The notes under the pieces were generated by a model. It worked only from the letters and a program-made list of their open reading frames with translations. It did not search any database and had not been told where the DNA came from. Shown here piece after piece: positions 1 through 9,652 of a stretch of DNA of 64,000 nt. The DNA is taken from the NCBI GenBank assembly GCA_029786595.1, contig JAFLXO010000004.1, positions 9,817 to 73,816 of the forward strand. Direction: 5' to 3'. The first letter of the stretch is position 1; the number at the start of each line of letters is the position of its first letter. This DNA comes from Nitrososphaerota archaeon. GTDB taxonomy: Archaea > Thermoproteota > Nitrososphaeria > Conexivisphaerales > UBA164. The position numbers were made by a program, and so were the translations under genes.

Positions 1-157
1 CCAACCCCTGTATAAAATAAGGTATGCCGCACGGCCCGTAGGATACATAGCCGGATTCTTCAAATACTTTTATCGAAGAATCAGGATCGCGTTTCCTTAT
101 CCTTGAAGCCGCGCTCATGCCTGCGGCTCCCCCCCCTATAACGACATATGATTTCAT
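1..157 (-). CDS. FAD-dependent pyridine nucleotide-disulfide oxidoreductase (NADH oxidase / CoA-disulfide reductase-like), 5' part only, continues off the window
   Basis: Own translation from ATG (rc) at 155-157: MKSYVVIGGGAAGMSAASRIRKRDPDSSIKVFEESGYVSYGPCGIPYFIQGL. It has a GxGxxG Rossmann motif and a redox-Cys motif (SYGPCGIPY) typical of Nox/CoADR. Confidence 0.7.
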   Translation of the reverse strand, partial: MKSYVVIGGGAAGMSAASRIRKRDPDSSIKVFEESGYVSYGPCGIPYFIQGL

Positions 158-299
158 GTAGGGTACAGCCTTTGCGGGCTTAAAATACTTTATCAATAGG
201 CGTCTTGGTTGTGGGAAGCGTTTTTGGAGTAAAATATTTCATTAACTGGGGGGATGTTAGGATAGATAGAGTTAAAAATGTCATAATGGTAGAAGGCTC

Positions 300-3200
300 A
301 TGTCGGCTCCTATCGCTTTTCTCACTCAGAAGATAAGTGAACAGTCAAAGGGGATAACGGATCTTAAGGGAGGCTTCCTGTTAGGAGCTGGCTATGATGG
401 AGACAAGAAGCTGGCCTACCTTAAATTCTTGGATACTGTTTCACAATCCATCTGTTATTATTATGATAATTCAGGCCATAGGCCCTATTGTTATAGCAAA
501 AAGACGCCATCTGAGCTTCAGCAACTATTAAAGAGGCCGGATGTAATTGCCATAAGGAAGGAAGAGAAACTCGAGCCTATAAGTGACCAGAAGATCGAGG
601 TATCGAAGATAATCACTTCAGATCCGTTAGCCATCGGCGGTTCACCAAACAGCATAAGGAATATCGAGGACTGCTATGAGGCCGATATCAAATATTATGA
701 AAATTACCTCTATGATCTGGGGCTCATTGCCTGTACATATTATGACCTGGAAAAGGGCGTCATAAGCAAGTCAACGATCAGCTACACGGAGGATATGTCA
801 TCCGTGTTGCAGGGGGTGATAGGCTCGCAGGACGCGTCTATGGCCAAATACACGAGAGACTGGGCATTCATCCTTGCTCAACCGTTCCCCTATATAAAAA
901 GGGCCGCGATAGACATCGAAGTATTTGCTGAAGCCGAAAATAGATTGCCGGACCCAGAAAAGGCAGAACAGCCCATTATAAGCATCTCCGTTGTGGGAAA
1001 TGATGGCCAGCGAAAGGCCTTCGTTCTTAGGAGGACGGATGTGGAACCTGGTGATGACAAGCTGCCGGAAGGGGCAGATCTAATTTACTATGATGACGAA
1101 CTCCAGCTTCTGCTTGACTTTTTCAAAAAAATGCTTGAATACCCGGTAATAGTGACATTCAACGGTGATGGCTTTGATCTTCCATACCTGTACCATCGAG
1201 CGCAGAATCTGAATGTGCCTAAGGAAGCTATTCCGATCAGCATCGGTAAGGAGGTCGCATCCCTTAAACATGGAATACACGTCGACCTGTATAAAACATT
1301 CATAAATAGATCGATTCAGGGTTACGCCTTTTCTAACAAGTATTCTGAGCATACTCTTGACGCCATTAGTCAGGCCATCCTAGGCGAAGGAAAGGAACCG
1401 GTTGTAGACAGCATAAATACCATGACCACTACCAAGCTAGCCATATACAATTTGCAGGATTCAAACATAACCTTGGGGCTGACCACTTTCAACGATGATC
1501 TATTGTTCAAGCTCCTGATGACCATATCAAGGGTCGCGAAGATGCCGATCGAAGATACATCGAGGCTAAGCGTTTCCAATTGGATCAGGAGCATGCTTAT
1601 CTTCGAGCACAGAGCTAGGAAAGCGCTGGTGCCCAAGAGGGAGGAAATAGCCGCCAAAGGTAATGCTGGCTCCACGGCGATAATCAAAGGCAAGAAATAT
1701 CAGGGAGGATTCGTTGTAGAGCCGAAACCCGGCGTTCACTTCCAGGTAGTAGTTCTGGACTTTGCCTCCCTGTATCCTAGCATCATTAAGGTCTATAACC
1801 TAAGTTATGAAACTGTAAAGTGCCCACACCCAGAGTGCAGGGATAACATACTTCCTAATACAAATCTATGGGTCTGCAAAATAAACAAGGGTATGATTTC
1901 CCTCCTGATAGGCTCCTTGAGAGATATAAGGGTGAACTATTTTAAATCCCTTGCAAGGATAGCCGTAAACAAGGAACAAAAGCAATTTTACAACGTTATA
2001 TCCCAATCGCTAAAGGTTATACTCAATGCATCATATGGGGTGATGGGGTTCGAAAGCTTCCCCTTCTACAGTTTGCCAGTAGCCGATTCGACTACTGCAT
2101 TGGGGAGATATTCCATACAGAGCGCTATAACAAAGGCTCAGGAACTGGGGAGCGAGGTGATATACGGCGATAGTATAGCCGGTGACTCAATTGTGGTAGT
2201 AGCGACTGAAGGTGAGCAATCCGGTGTTTCACTTTCGCCAGCTGTTGAACGAAAGATGAAGGTTGAGGACCTGTTTAAGAGGGTCGATATAACCGGTGAC
2301 GGGGGGAAGGAGTATTATCTGCCCGAGCATCTCTTTGTAGAATCACTGGATCAAAATAAAATGGTGACGTTTGCGAAGGTCGTCAATATAATGCGCCACC
2401 GAACCGCTAAAGATATGTACAGAATACGGGTGGATGGACATAACATAGACGTTACAGAGGATCATTCGCTCATTTCGATTTCGGAATCCGACAGTTCGCA
2501 ATTTTCACCTATCAGACCGCTGGACATCAAGAAAGGAACGCTGCTTATAACGAGATCGAACACGACGAACGAAGTTAACGCTGGCAGTGGAACAAAGATC
2601 AGTATCTTATCTGCAGGCTATCATTTGGCGCACGCGTCAAGCATAGAGAAGCTGGCTGGCTATCAAGGCTACGTCTATGATCTTGAAGTGGAAGGTAATC
2701 ACCGCTTTTTCGCGAACTCCGTGTTAGTCCATAATACTGACAGCCTCTTTCTAAAAAATGCTTCCTCTATGCAAATCAAGGAAATGGAAAGATGGGCCAA
2801 GGAGAAGCTCGAAATAGATCTGGAGATAGACAAAAGGTACAGGTTTGTGGCGTTCAGTCAGAGGAAAAAGAACTATTTGGGTGTTTATGAAGATGGTTCC
2901 GTAGAGGTAAAGGGACTTTCCGGGAAGAAATCACATACTCCAGATTACATCAAAGAGGCCTTCTATAGCGTACTGGATACGCTTGGGAAGGTCAAGACGG
3001 AGGGTGATTTTGTTGAAGCAAAGGAAGAAATAAGGAAGAAGATACGTGAAGCATATTTGATGATAAATGAAAGGAAGGTGCCACTTGAAAAGTTAGCCTT
3101 TAAGGTCATGCTCAACAAGCCCGTTGACAAGTATACAGTAAGCACGCCGCAGCACGTCAAGGCGGCTCAACTGCTCATCGAAAATGGCAGTGAAATCAAG

Positions 3201-3398
3201 GCCGGCGATGTTATTTCATATATAAAGACTGTGACCCCGTCGGGAGTAAAGCCACTATCTCTGACGAAGAAGGAAGATATAGATACCGGCAAATACGTCG
3301 AGTTCCTTGAAAGTACGTTTGAACAGCTGCTCGATGCTTTAGGGTACAACTTTGATCAGATAATAGGTTCATCGAGAATCGAAGATTTTTTTGGCTAA
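300..3398 (+). CDS. polB: Family-B DNA polymerase, intein-containing
   Basis: Exo motifs (AAIDIEV, FNGDGFDLPYL), pol motif A (LDFASLYPSII) and motif B (KVILNASYGV). Motif C is split as VIYGD / TDSLF by an inserted intein. Confidence 0.95.
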   Translation: MSAPIAFLTQKISEQSKGITDLKGGFLLGAGYDGDKKLAYLKFLDTVSQSICYYYDNSGHRPYCYSKKTPSELQQLLKRPDVIAIRKEEKLEPISDQKIEVSKIITSDPLAIGGSPNSIRNIEDCYEADIKYYENYLYDLGLIACTYYDLEKGVISKSTISYTEDMSSVLQGVIGSQDASMAKYTRDWAFILAQPFPYIKRAAIDIEVFAEAENRLPDPEKAEQPIISISVVGNDGQRKAFVLRRTDVEPGDDKLPEGADLIYYDDELQLLLDFFKKMLEYPVIVTFNGDGFDLPYLYHRAQNLNVPKEAIPISIGKEVASLKHGIHVDLYKTFINRSIQGYAFSNKYSEHTLDAISQAILGEGKEPVVDSINTMTTTKLAIYNLQDSNITLGLTTFNDDLLFKLLMTISRVAKMPIEDTSRLSVSNWIRSMLIFEHRARKALVPKREEIAAKGNAGSTAIIKGKKYQGGFVVEPKPGVHFQVVVLDFASLYPSIIKVYNLSYETVKCPHPECRDNILPNTNLWVCKINKGMISLLIGSLRDIRVNYFKSLARIAVNKEQKQFYNVISQSLKVILNASYGVMGFESFPFYSLPVADSTTALGRYSIQSAITKAQELGSEVIYGDSIAGDSIVVVATEGEQSGVSLSPAVERKMKVEDLFKRVDITGDGGKEYYLPEHLFVESLDQNKMVTFAKVVNIMRHRTAKDMYRIRVDGHNIDVTEDHSLISISESDSSQFSPIRPLDIKKGTLLITRSNTTNEVNAGSGTKISILSAGYHLAHASSIEKLAGYQGYVYDLEVEGNHRFFANSVLVHNTDSLFLKNASSMQIKEMERWAKEKLEIDLEIDKRYRFVAFSQRKKNYLGVYEDGSVEVKGLSGKKSHTPDYIKEAFYSVLDTLGKVKTEGDFVEAKEEIRKKIREAYLMINERKVPLEKLAFKVMLNKPVDKYTVSTPQHVKAAQLLIENGSEIKAGDVISYIKTVTPSGVKPLSLTKKEDIDTGKYVEFLESTFEQLLDALGYNFDQIIGSSRIEDFFG
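2172..2735 (+). mobile_element. Mini-intein (188 aa) inserted in polB motif C (YGD|TDS)
   Basis: Starts with Ser (SIAGDSIVVV, block A). Block B is DVTEDHSLI, and the C-terminal blocks are GYVYDLEVEGNHRFFANSVLVHN followed by +1 Thr. Removing it restores YGDTDS. It is too short for a homing endonuclease domain. Confidence 0.85.
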
Positions 3399-3489
3399 TC
3401 CAAAATTCTGGTGAATCTACACTTCATTAGGCGCAGTACTCCTTTAAAAGTATATAAAGCATATTATATAAAAGGTTAAATCGATCAAA

Positions 3490-3939
3490 ATGAGGGTTAG
3501 AAGTCCCGAATTTAGGGATCAAGGATCAATTCCTATAGAACTCACCTGCGATGGAAAGGATGTGTCTCCGCGGCTTGAGTGGGACGCTGTACCTGGAGCC
3601 AAGAGCTATGCCTTGATAATGGAGGACCCTGACGCTCCCAACGGCACGTTCACACACTGGGTTATCTATGCCATACATAACACGTTCTTGCCCAAGGGGG
3701 TACCTGGGTCCGATAAATCGGAATATGGCTTTCAGGGAATAAACGACTTTGGAAAGATAGGATATGGTGGGCCCTGTCCCCCAAAGCCTCACCCTGCGCA
3801 CAGGTATTATTTTTATGTGTATGCCATCAGTGAGGATATCGAGTTTACACCGAAAACAACGGCCGTGTTACTGCGGAGTAAGATAAGGGGAAAGACCATA
3901 GATAGCGGAGTAATTATGGCCAAGTATAAACGCATATAA
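3490..3939 (+). CDS. YbhB/YbcL-family PEBP (Raf kinase inhibitor-like) protein
   Basis: Carries MEDPDAPNGTFTHWV and GYGGPCPPKPHPAHRYYFYVYA, the PEBP signature. Confidence 0.85.
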   Translation: MRVRSPEFRDQGSIPIELTCDGKDVSPRLEWDAVPGAKSYALIMEDPDAPNGTFTHWVIYAIHNTFLPKGVPGSDKSEYGFQGINDFGKIGYGGPCPPKPHPAHRYYFYVYAISEDIEFTPKTTAVLLRSKIRGKTIDSGVIMAKYKRI

Positions 3940-4008
3940 ACGCAAATAGTACGCTGTAAATGTGCGTTCTAGGGCATTAAATCATGAGGCATCTACTGAT
4001 CCTTATGA

Positions 4009-4551
4009 GTGCCACTTAGCAAATCTGCGAATTACGGCTCAGATTTAAAAAACATTTTTATATGGTCAAATCAAATCAGCTTAAGAATGATAAACGAAGT
4101 TATAGTTGAGAAAAGCGGTGCAGAGGAACTCCTGTATGATTTGAGCAAGAGGCTAAAGTCAAATAAGGTCGTTGGTATGGCCAGGTTGCCTGAGCCAAGA
4201 GCCGATCAAGAGTATAGAGATGTAATCAAGAAGATTTACACCTTAACCGGCAGCGTAGAGCCCATAGTCATGCTAGAAGGCGATGACGGTCAGAAGTATG
4301 TCTACACATTCCTCATTACGTCCAATCTTGAAAAGGGAAAGGAGTTGGTGGATTCCAGCGCGGTAGTCAGCGGGAAGTTAATTACGATCAAGGGGGATGG
4401 TACTGAAGTGCGATTGTACAGTCCTCTTAAGATTTCAGGTGGGAGAGAACTGTTCAAGAGAATTGAAACTATTGCCAACGATTATGAGGCCGCATACAGT
4501 GACCTATTTATAAGGAAATCTAAGAAGATAGATCCCTATTATTGGTTATGA
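4009..4551 (+). CDS. Hypothetical protein
   Basis: Long ORF with no recognised motif. The true start may be the internal MINEVIVEK. Confidence 0.4.
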   Translation: MPLSKSANYGSDLKNIFIWSNQISLRMINEVIVEKSGAEELLYDLSKRLKSNKVVGMARLPEPRADQEYRDVIKKIYTLTGSVEPIVMLEGDDGQKYVYTFLITSNLEKGKELVDSSAVVSGKLITIKGDGTEVRLYSPLKISGGRELFKRIETIANDYEAAYSDLFIRKSKKIDPYYWL

Positions 4552-4573
4552 GAAAAGGATGAAAATCACTAAA

Positions 4574-4915
4574 TCATATTTTATCAGACCCGACATCTGA
4601 CACAAGTTCGCTATTTTTTTGCTTTATTATAACGGCAGCTATTTCGTTTGGATTAAGCCCTGACTTTCCGTTTATGGCCTTTATGGTCGAGTCTATTATG
4701 TTATACGCGTAGTCGCCTGCAGGGAATTCGTCCTTCTCATCCATATAATAATGGATACCTATTGCATTATACAATGGGTGAACTACATAGATCATTTTAT
4801 CAAGCTTATAGAACACAAGAACCATACCACGGCCAGCGCCACTGGTGATTGCCGCAAGATCCTTTATGAGGTCCTCCAGAGAAAAGAATTGAGCGTAATA
4901 CTTCTCTATTGCCAT
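4574..4915 (-). CDS. Hypothetical protein
   Basis: 113-aa ORF with no motif I can name with confidence. Confidence 0.4.
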   Translation of the reverse strand: MAIEKYYAQFFSLEDLIKDLAAITSGAGRGMVLVFYKLDKMIYVVHPLYNAIGIHYYMDEKDEFPAGDYAYNIIDSTIKAINGKSGLNPNEIAAVIIKQKNSELVSDVGSDKI

Positions 4916-4977
4916 AGCTCCCCATTAAGATTGGAAATAGAAATAGTTAGCGGCTGATTTTGAAGGATCGTTAAGCT

Positions 4978-5232
4978 TCAAACCGCTGGTATCAGTCTGC
5001 AATTGGGCGGGCATGGCGTCTTTGAAACTGGAAGAACCTTTAATTCGCCACTTTTTATATCAAATTCAGCTCCATGAAATGGGCATCTAATTCTACCATC
5101 AACTATCAGAAATCCCTCTGACGTAATCACCCTACCCTTATGGGGACAGTAATCAAGATAGGAATAGGTTTGGCCATCAACCTTGATCCTAAATGCTGGG
5201 CCGGTCGTTGATAAAAATCGTTCGATTTCCAT
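4978..5232 (-). CDS. Small Rieske [2Fe-2S] domain protein
   Basis: CPHKG ... CPFHGAEF gives the CxH / CxxH Rieske ligand pattern in an 84-aa protein. Confidence 0.75.
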   Translation of the reverse strand: MEIERFLSTTGPAFRIKVDGQTYSYLDYCPHKGRVITSEGFLIVDGRIRCPFHGAEFDIKSGELKVLPVSKTPCPPNCRLIPAV

Positions 5233-5285
5233 TTAACCAATATCACCTAATAAAGACTTTTTACGGTCCCTTTTAAGCCTTATAT

Positions 5286-5882
5286 TTATATTAATTTTGG
5301 CATCTTCAGTCTCATGTCGGTTGTATGCGCAAATCCGAACGAGTGTAAATAATGCGTAAAGGCCTTCTTTATGTTCGTATCTGGCTCCGGGTTCTTCTCG
5401 TAAAAGAACCCTTCCATGAGCTTGGCTACATGATATCTGAAACTTTCTGAGTCCTTTACTACAAAAGTTATTATCCGCGGTTTCAATCCAAACAATGAAG
5501 TGCTGGAATATTTCCTGCCTTCCATGCCCACGCCCGTGCTTATCTTAATTAATTCTAACTCTGGATGAGACCTTCGAATTTTGCGTTCCAGATGGGGGGA
5601 GGTCACTTTAGTAAAGCCATTTATATCTATCAGCTCCATGGCCCTCTGGAATTCCATTTCCTTATAATTCATCAATCCATATTTACTTTTTAATTCCCTT
5701 ATCATCCTGTAAATCGTTGAAAAGCCCCTTTTGGTCATGCTTGATATGCCTTCCACTGAATACCCCTTTTTATACAGTTTAATCACCTGCTCAAATGTAT
5801 TATAATCGTGTAAGTAGAATGGTTTATTCCTTTTATAACTGGAATTAAGATTATTCCATATAATTTTTATATCATCAGCCAT
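5286..5882 (-). CDS. Hypothetical protein with probable N-terminal HTH
   Basis: The segment GYSVEGISSMTKRGFSTIYRMIREL looks like a resolvase-type HTH. The rest is unassigned. Confidence 0.45.
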   Translation of the reverse strand: MADDIKIIWNNLNSSYKRNKPFYLHDYNTFEQVIKLYKKGYSVEGISSMTKRGFSTIYRMIRELKSKYGLMNYKEMEFQRAMELIDINGFTKVTSPHLERKIRRSHPELELIKISTGVGMEGRKYSSTSLFGLKPRIITFVVKDSESFRYHVAKLMEGFFYEKNPEPDTNIKKAFTHYLHSFGFAHTTDMRLKMPKLI

Positions 5883-5946
5883 AACAAATTATCTACTTAA
5901 AGAATATTTAAATATATCTCCAATTTTTATTGTAAATTACAGAGTA

Positions 5947-7173
5947 TCACAAGTTGCGCTTGTCTATATATCCCGATTTATCAGTTTTGAACGCCCATAT
6001 ATTTTTTCTTAAAATCACTGCGCTTAGTGCCATTAGGGATGCCAGCGACAGGAATCCCATGTATAGATAGATAAGGGGCAGAAAGGCGATATTTCCCTTT
6101 AGTTCATCCTTTAACTTGATCATCGAGCCCAGGCTCGTCATCTGGATAATAACGAAATACCCAAATAGATATCCAGCAAAGAGTACGATCCTGTACACCC
6201 CGTATGTCCACAAATATATGGCTATGGGTGTAAGTGAAACCGTCACAAGAAGCAGTATGGAATACAAGGGCATCAGAAGGAATAGAAGCGCGTCCATTGC
6301 AGATATCATACCCGTCTTCTTGAACAGATCCAAGTGATTTCTTACCAGCTGCAGATATCCACCATACCATCTTATCCTTTGCCTGAAGAAAGTTGTGACC
6401 TTTGCTGGCACTTCTATCCAAACGAAGGAATCCAAATACGATGACTTGACCCTATTCTTAATAAGCTTAAGCCATAGATCCACATCCTCAGTTGCACTGT
6501 TGCTAAATCCTCCTATATCAAGCAATAATTCCCGATCCACAAAGGAGTTGTAACCGGCTATCGGAACCGATAACCCTAGCTTGTAACGTCCATAGTTCAA
6601 GGCCCTTGAAGTGAGAGATTCAAACGTAGATAGCTTTGATAGCCACGATTCGCCTACGTTTATCACTTTATAGTACCCGGTCATTGCCTTCTTACCACTC
6701 AAGTACTCCTGCGCGGCTGCCATCAGATAATTTTCGCAGGGGACACTGTCGGCATCCAGTAACGCCACAAGTTTTCCAGTGCAATACTTTAACCCAACAT
6801 TCAATGCACCGGGCTTCCTGTTATAATTCTTCTCCATTTTAACAACCCGGAGCCTTTTATCCTTCTCCGCGAAGGAATTAACTATGGCAAGGGAGTTATC
6901 TGTGGAATCATCAAGTACGAGGACCATTTCGATTAGGTCGGCTGGGTAATTGAGATGGTTGATGGACTGTATCAGCCTCCCGATGGTGTTTTCTTCATTC
7001 TTCACAGCCACTAGGATAGAAATCTTTGGAAGTCCACCGAATGGGAATTTATAGGCTTGCTTATTATTCTTGGATATCGCATTTCCTCCAACTAACATGA
7101 ACAGGCCCCAGTATGATGCTAGGAATATCACTATGCCATTGAAAAGCCAAGTAAGGTCTGCCCCGATTATCAA
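5947..7173 (-). CDS. Membrane glycosyltransferase family 2 (processive, cellulose/chitin-synthase-like)
   Basis: ISILVAVKNEE, DDSTDNS, LDADS (DxD) and QRIRW (QxxRW), with TM segments at both ends. Confidence 0.85.
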   Translation of the reverse strand: MIIGADLTWLFNGIVIFLASYWGLFMLVGGNAISKNNKQAYKFPFGGLPKISILVAVKNEENTIGRLIQSINHLNYPADLIEMVLVLDDSTDNSLAIVNSFAEKDKRLRVVKMEKNYNRKPGALNVGLKYCTGKLVALLDADSVPCENYLMAAAQEYLSGKKAMTGYYKVINVGESWLSKLSTFESLTSRALNYGRYKLGLSVPIAGYNSFVDRELLLDIGGFSNSATEDVDLWLKLIKNRVKSSYLDSFVWIEVPAKVTTFFRQRIRWYGGYLQLVRNHLDLFKKTGMISAMDALLFLLMPLYSILLLVTVSLTPIAIYLWTYGVYRIVLFAGYLFGYFVIIQMTSLGSMIKLKDELKGNIAFLPLIYLYMGFLSLASLMALSAVILRKNIWAFKTDKSGYIDKRNL

Positions 7174-7684
7174 TATACGCGCGTAAGAAATAAAGCGGTA
7201 TTATATATAATTTTCCGAAAATTGGAAATTTAATGTTCTGTAAGATCAGAACAATTATTACATCCCCTGATGCAATAATCGAGGTGATAGGCAACGTCTA
7301 TCAAAAACAGCGAGTTATACCTTAAGGATGGAGACATCTCACTTTTAAAGGAAGTCTACATGAGGAGGTACGGAGCTGTAGCAAGGGCGCTGTCCTACAG
7401 CGAAATACTTAGGATCTCCAAGGGACAGGCAGCAGGGTGATATGTCTGCTTGGGCAGGAGGCAGATGCAGAGGATGGCGAAGCGCTTTAGATATGATGGA
7501 ATAGTTGATCATAGGTTCAAGTCCACCAGGCCTTACATTTTTCCCAACAGGATGCCTCTGTGAATAAAAACCATGATGGTGAAGGTGAGGAAGGTGACGA
7601 GCTTATGTGCTGACCAGATATCGAGGATAGTCAACAACTTCTCTTTAACGAAAAGTATATGAACCTTTAGAAGGTAGATAATAT

Positions 7685-8110
7685 GTGTCCTCGGATTCAA
7701 ATTCAGGTACTATAAAGATCAGGGTTAGGAACGGCGAAAATGAGTTTGAAATAGATGCCAAAAAGGTGGATCTTCAAGACGCGTTTAAGACCGCAAGTGA
7801 TATATTCCAGCTGATTGGTAAAACACCTACTGTCGTTAGCCCCGCGATTGGACCCAGTTTCGATACACCAATCCAGATAGATTCAAAGGCGTCGCTTCCA
7901 AACATAGTGGTAAAGCTTCTTGGTAGTGAATGGGGAAGCAAGCCCAGAAGGCTAAAGGAAATCAAAGAGCAACTTGAGCAGATGGGTATGATATATCCAA
8001 AACAGTCAATAGCCGTATCCCTTTTACGTCTTGCTAAGGAAGGTGAAATAAGGAGATTTAAGGGAGATGAGGGTGATTACCTTTACGTAGGCGCGCGTAA
8101 GGGCAACTGA
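7685..8110 (+). CDS. Hypothetical protein with C-terminal winged-helix domain
   Basis: The C-terminus QSIAVSLLRLAKEGEIRRFKGDEGDYLYVG is wHTH-like. Confidence 0.5.
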   Translation: MSSDSNSGTIKIRVRNGENEFEIDAKKVDLQDAFKTASDIFQLIGKTPTVVSPAIGPSFDTPIQIDSKASLPNIVVKLLGSEWGSKPRRLKEIKEQLEQMGMIYPKQSIAVSLLRLAKEGEIRRFKGDEGDYLYVGARKGN

Positions 8111-8456
8111 GATTACTGAAAAGATGTTTGGGGGTTTCGTTATAAGCTGAACTCTGATGCCTTAACTGAGAAAATATACACGGGCTTCCTCCAACAACGG
8201 TTACTGTGTTCAAATGTCATTTATGATAATAATATATTGAGCCGGTCGCGTCTGATTTCATACCTGTGAAAATACACCCGGCGAAGCAACATACTGATGT
8301 CTGCCATGTGCCGCTAAATCATGAAACAACTTCCCTGCAGGTTTATGAGCCAGCAAGGGTGATGCCTTTATAAAAGGCTCGCACCATTGCACGTAAGAGG
8401 ACATCCCGATAAAACTATAATATGGGGATAATATATAGCAGTAGCGTTAGATTAAC

Positions 8457-8954
8457 ATGAGCGAAGAACCATTGAACGTAGAAATTCGCATGGGGGATTT
8501 ACACGCAACTTTTTCAGGGAAGCCGAGCGATGTTTATGAAACTGTTGATCGATTCCTTTCTCAAAACATATCTGAAATCAGTTTCGCGAGACAGATATAC
8601 CTTAATTATAGCCTTAAAGAACTGGTTGAAATGTTCAGGGAATTTGTGAAAATAACCGAGGAAGGCCCGCGGGTAATATCTGAAAGGCCCTTAAGCTTAA
8701 AGTTGAAGATAAGCCTTCAACTTATAGCGTGTAAGATCGCGTTTATGCTCAATCGCATCCAGAGGGCTGGATATTCTGTACAGGAGTTAGAGGAGTCAAT
8801 GGCGACCAACGCAAAATCCATCAGTTCTAGGCTTAGTGAATTGGTCAAGGAAGGATATGTAATGAGAAGCAACGACGAGAAGGGAAGTTCATATTATGTA
8901 ACCACTGCCGGCATTAAGTGGGTCTTCGACGCTCTGCACAGCGCGCTAAAATGA
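8457..8954 (+). CDS. Hypothetical protein with C-terminal winged-helix domain
   Basis: The C-terminus SISSRLSELVKEGYVMRSNDEKGSSYYVTTAG is wHTH-like. Its layout is similar to the 7685-8110 product. Confidence 0.5.
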   Translation: MSEEPLNVEIRMGDLHATFSGKPSDVYETVDRFLSQNISEISFARQIYLNYSLKELVEMFREFVKITEEGPRVISERPLSLKLKISLQLIACKIAFMLNRIQRAGYSVQELEESMATNAKSISSRLSELVKEGYVMRSNDEKGSSYYVTTAGIKWVFDALHSALK

Positions 8955-9040
8955 CAGGACCATCTTTTGGATACATCATATATTAGTAGCCAACCTACCC
9001 TTAAGGCACCTGATGAGCCACTTGGTTAACAAAGGCCCAC

Positions 9041-9397
9041 TTACTTGTGTCTCATTTTAGTGAAATCCTTGTTTTTAGAAAGAAATGCGCTTCTAAGCCG
9101 CCTCAGCTCTAGCACGCACTGCATGAATTCTCCTTCGTTATAATATTGCCTTGCTGTATCCAATGACCCAGGCTTGGAATCAGGTTGCACAGCAACCTCG
9201 ATATCATTATCCAGCTTGACTTCTAGGATTAGTGTCTCAAGTTTCACAAAGAAGCCATATGAGTCGCTCTCCATCTTTCCCAGCTCTTCAAACAGGTCAA
9301 GTATATGGCCCCTCATGATAAACAGTAGCCTTCTGAATATTAAAGGATTTTCTTTATATATAATATATGTGATGAAGAGGCTTCGACCACTTACCAC
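9041..9397 (-). CDS. Hypothetical protein
   Basis: ORF only. The start is uncertain (internal MRGHILDLFEEL is possible). Confidence 0.3.
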   Translation of the reverse strand: MVSGRSLFITYIIYKENPLIFRRLLFIMRGHILDLFEELGKMESDSYGFFVKLETLILEVKLDNDIEVAVQPDSKPGSLDTARQYYNEGEFMQCVLELRRLRSAFLSKNKDFTKMRHK

Positions 9398-9445
9398 TAG
9401 TTAAATATTTAAGAGCGTATATTTGCCCCCATACTAGGGATACTA

Positions 9446-9652
9446 TTGAATCGCATAAGGAAGATTTCCACCGAACTGTTGGTGAAATATCCAACTAAAT
9501 TTACAGAGAGCTTTGATTCAAATAAGCTCGCTCTCAATGAGCTTGCCGATATAACTTCGAAAAACCTGAGAAATGAGCTTGCGGGGTATATAACTAAAAA
9601 GATTAAGATGTCTCGGAGAGTTATAGAGGAATCACAAGATGGACAGGAGTAA
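9446..9652 (+). CDS. rps17e: Ribosomal protein S17e
   Basis: IRKISTELLVKYPTKFTESFDSNK...ITSKNLRNELAGYITKK follows the S17e pattern (KYY/KYP, FxxNK, SKKLRNxIAGY). Confidence 0.8.
   Translation: MNRIRKISTELLVKYPTKFTESFDSNKLALNELADITSKNLRNELAGYITKKIKMSRRVIEESQDGQE

Noticed and set aside
7510-7535. tRNA suggested by ggttcaagtcc (T-loop-like)
   Set aside because: The flanking bases do not form a T-stem (atagg versus ccacc), and no acceptor or anticodon arms can be drawn.
7325-7540. Annotating this region as the RNase P RNA gene
   Set aside because: Sequence islands resemble conserved regions in the right order. However, I could not pair a P4 helix (aagtc... versus ...ggcctt) or a P1/P2, and the core is too short. 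It is kept as a finding only, not as a feature.
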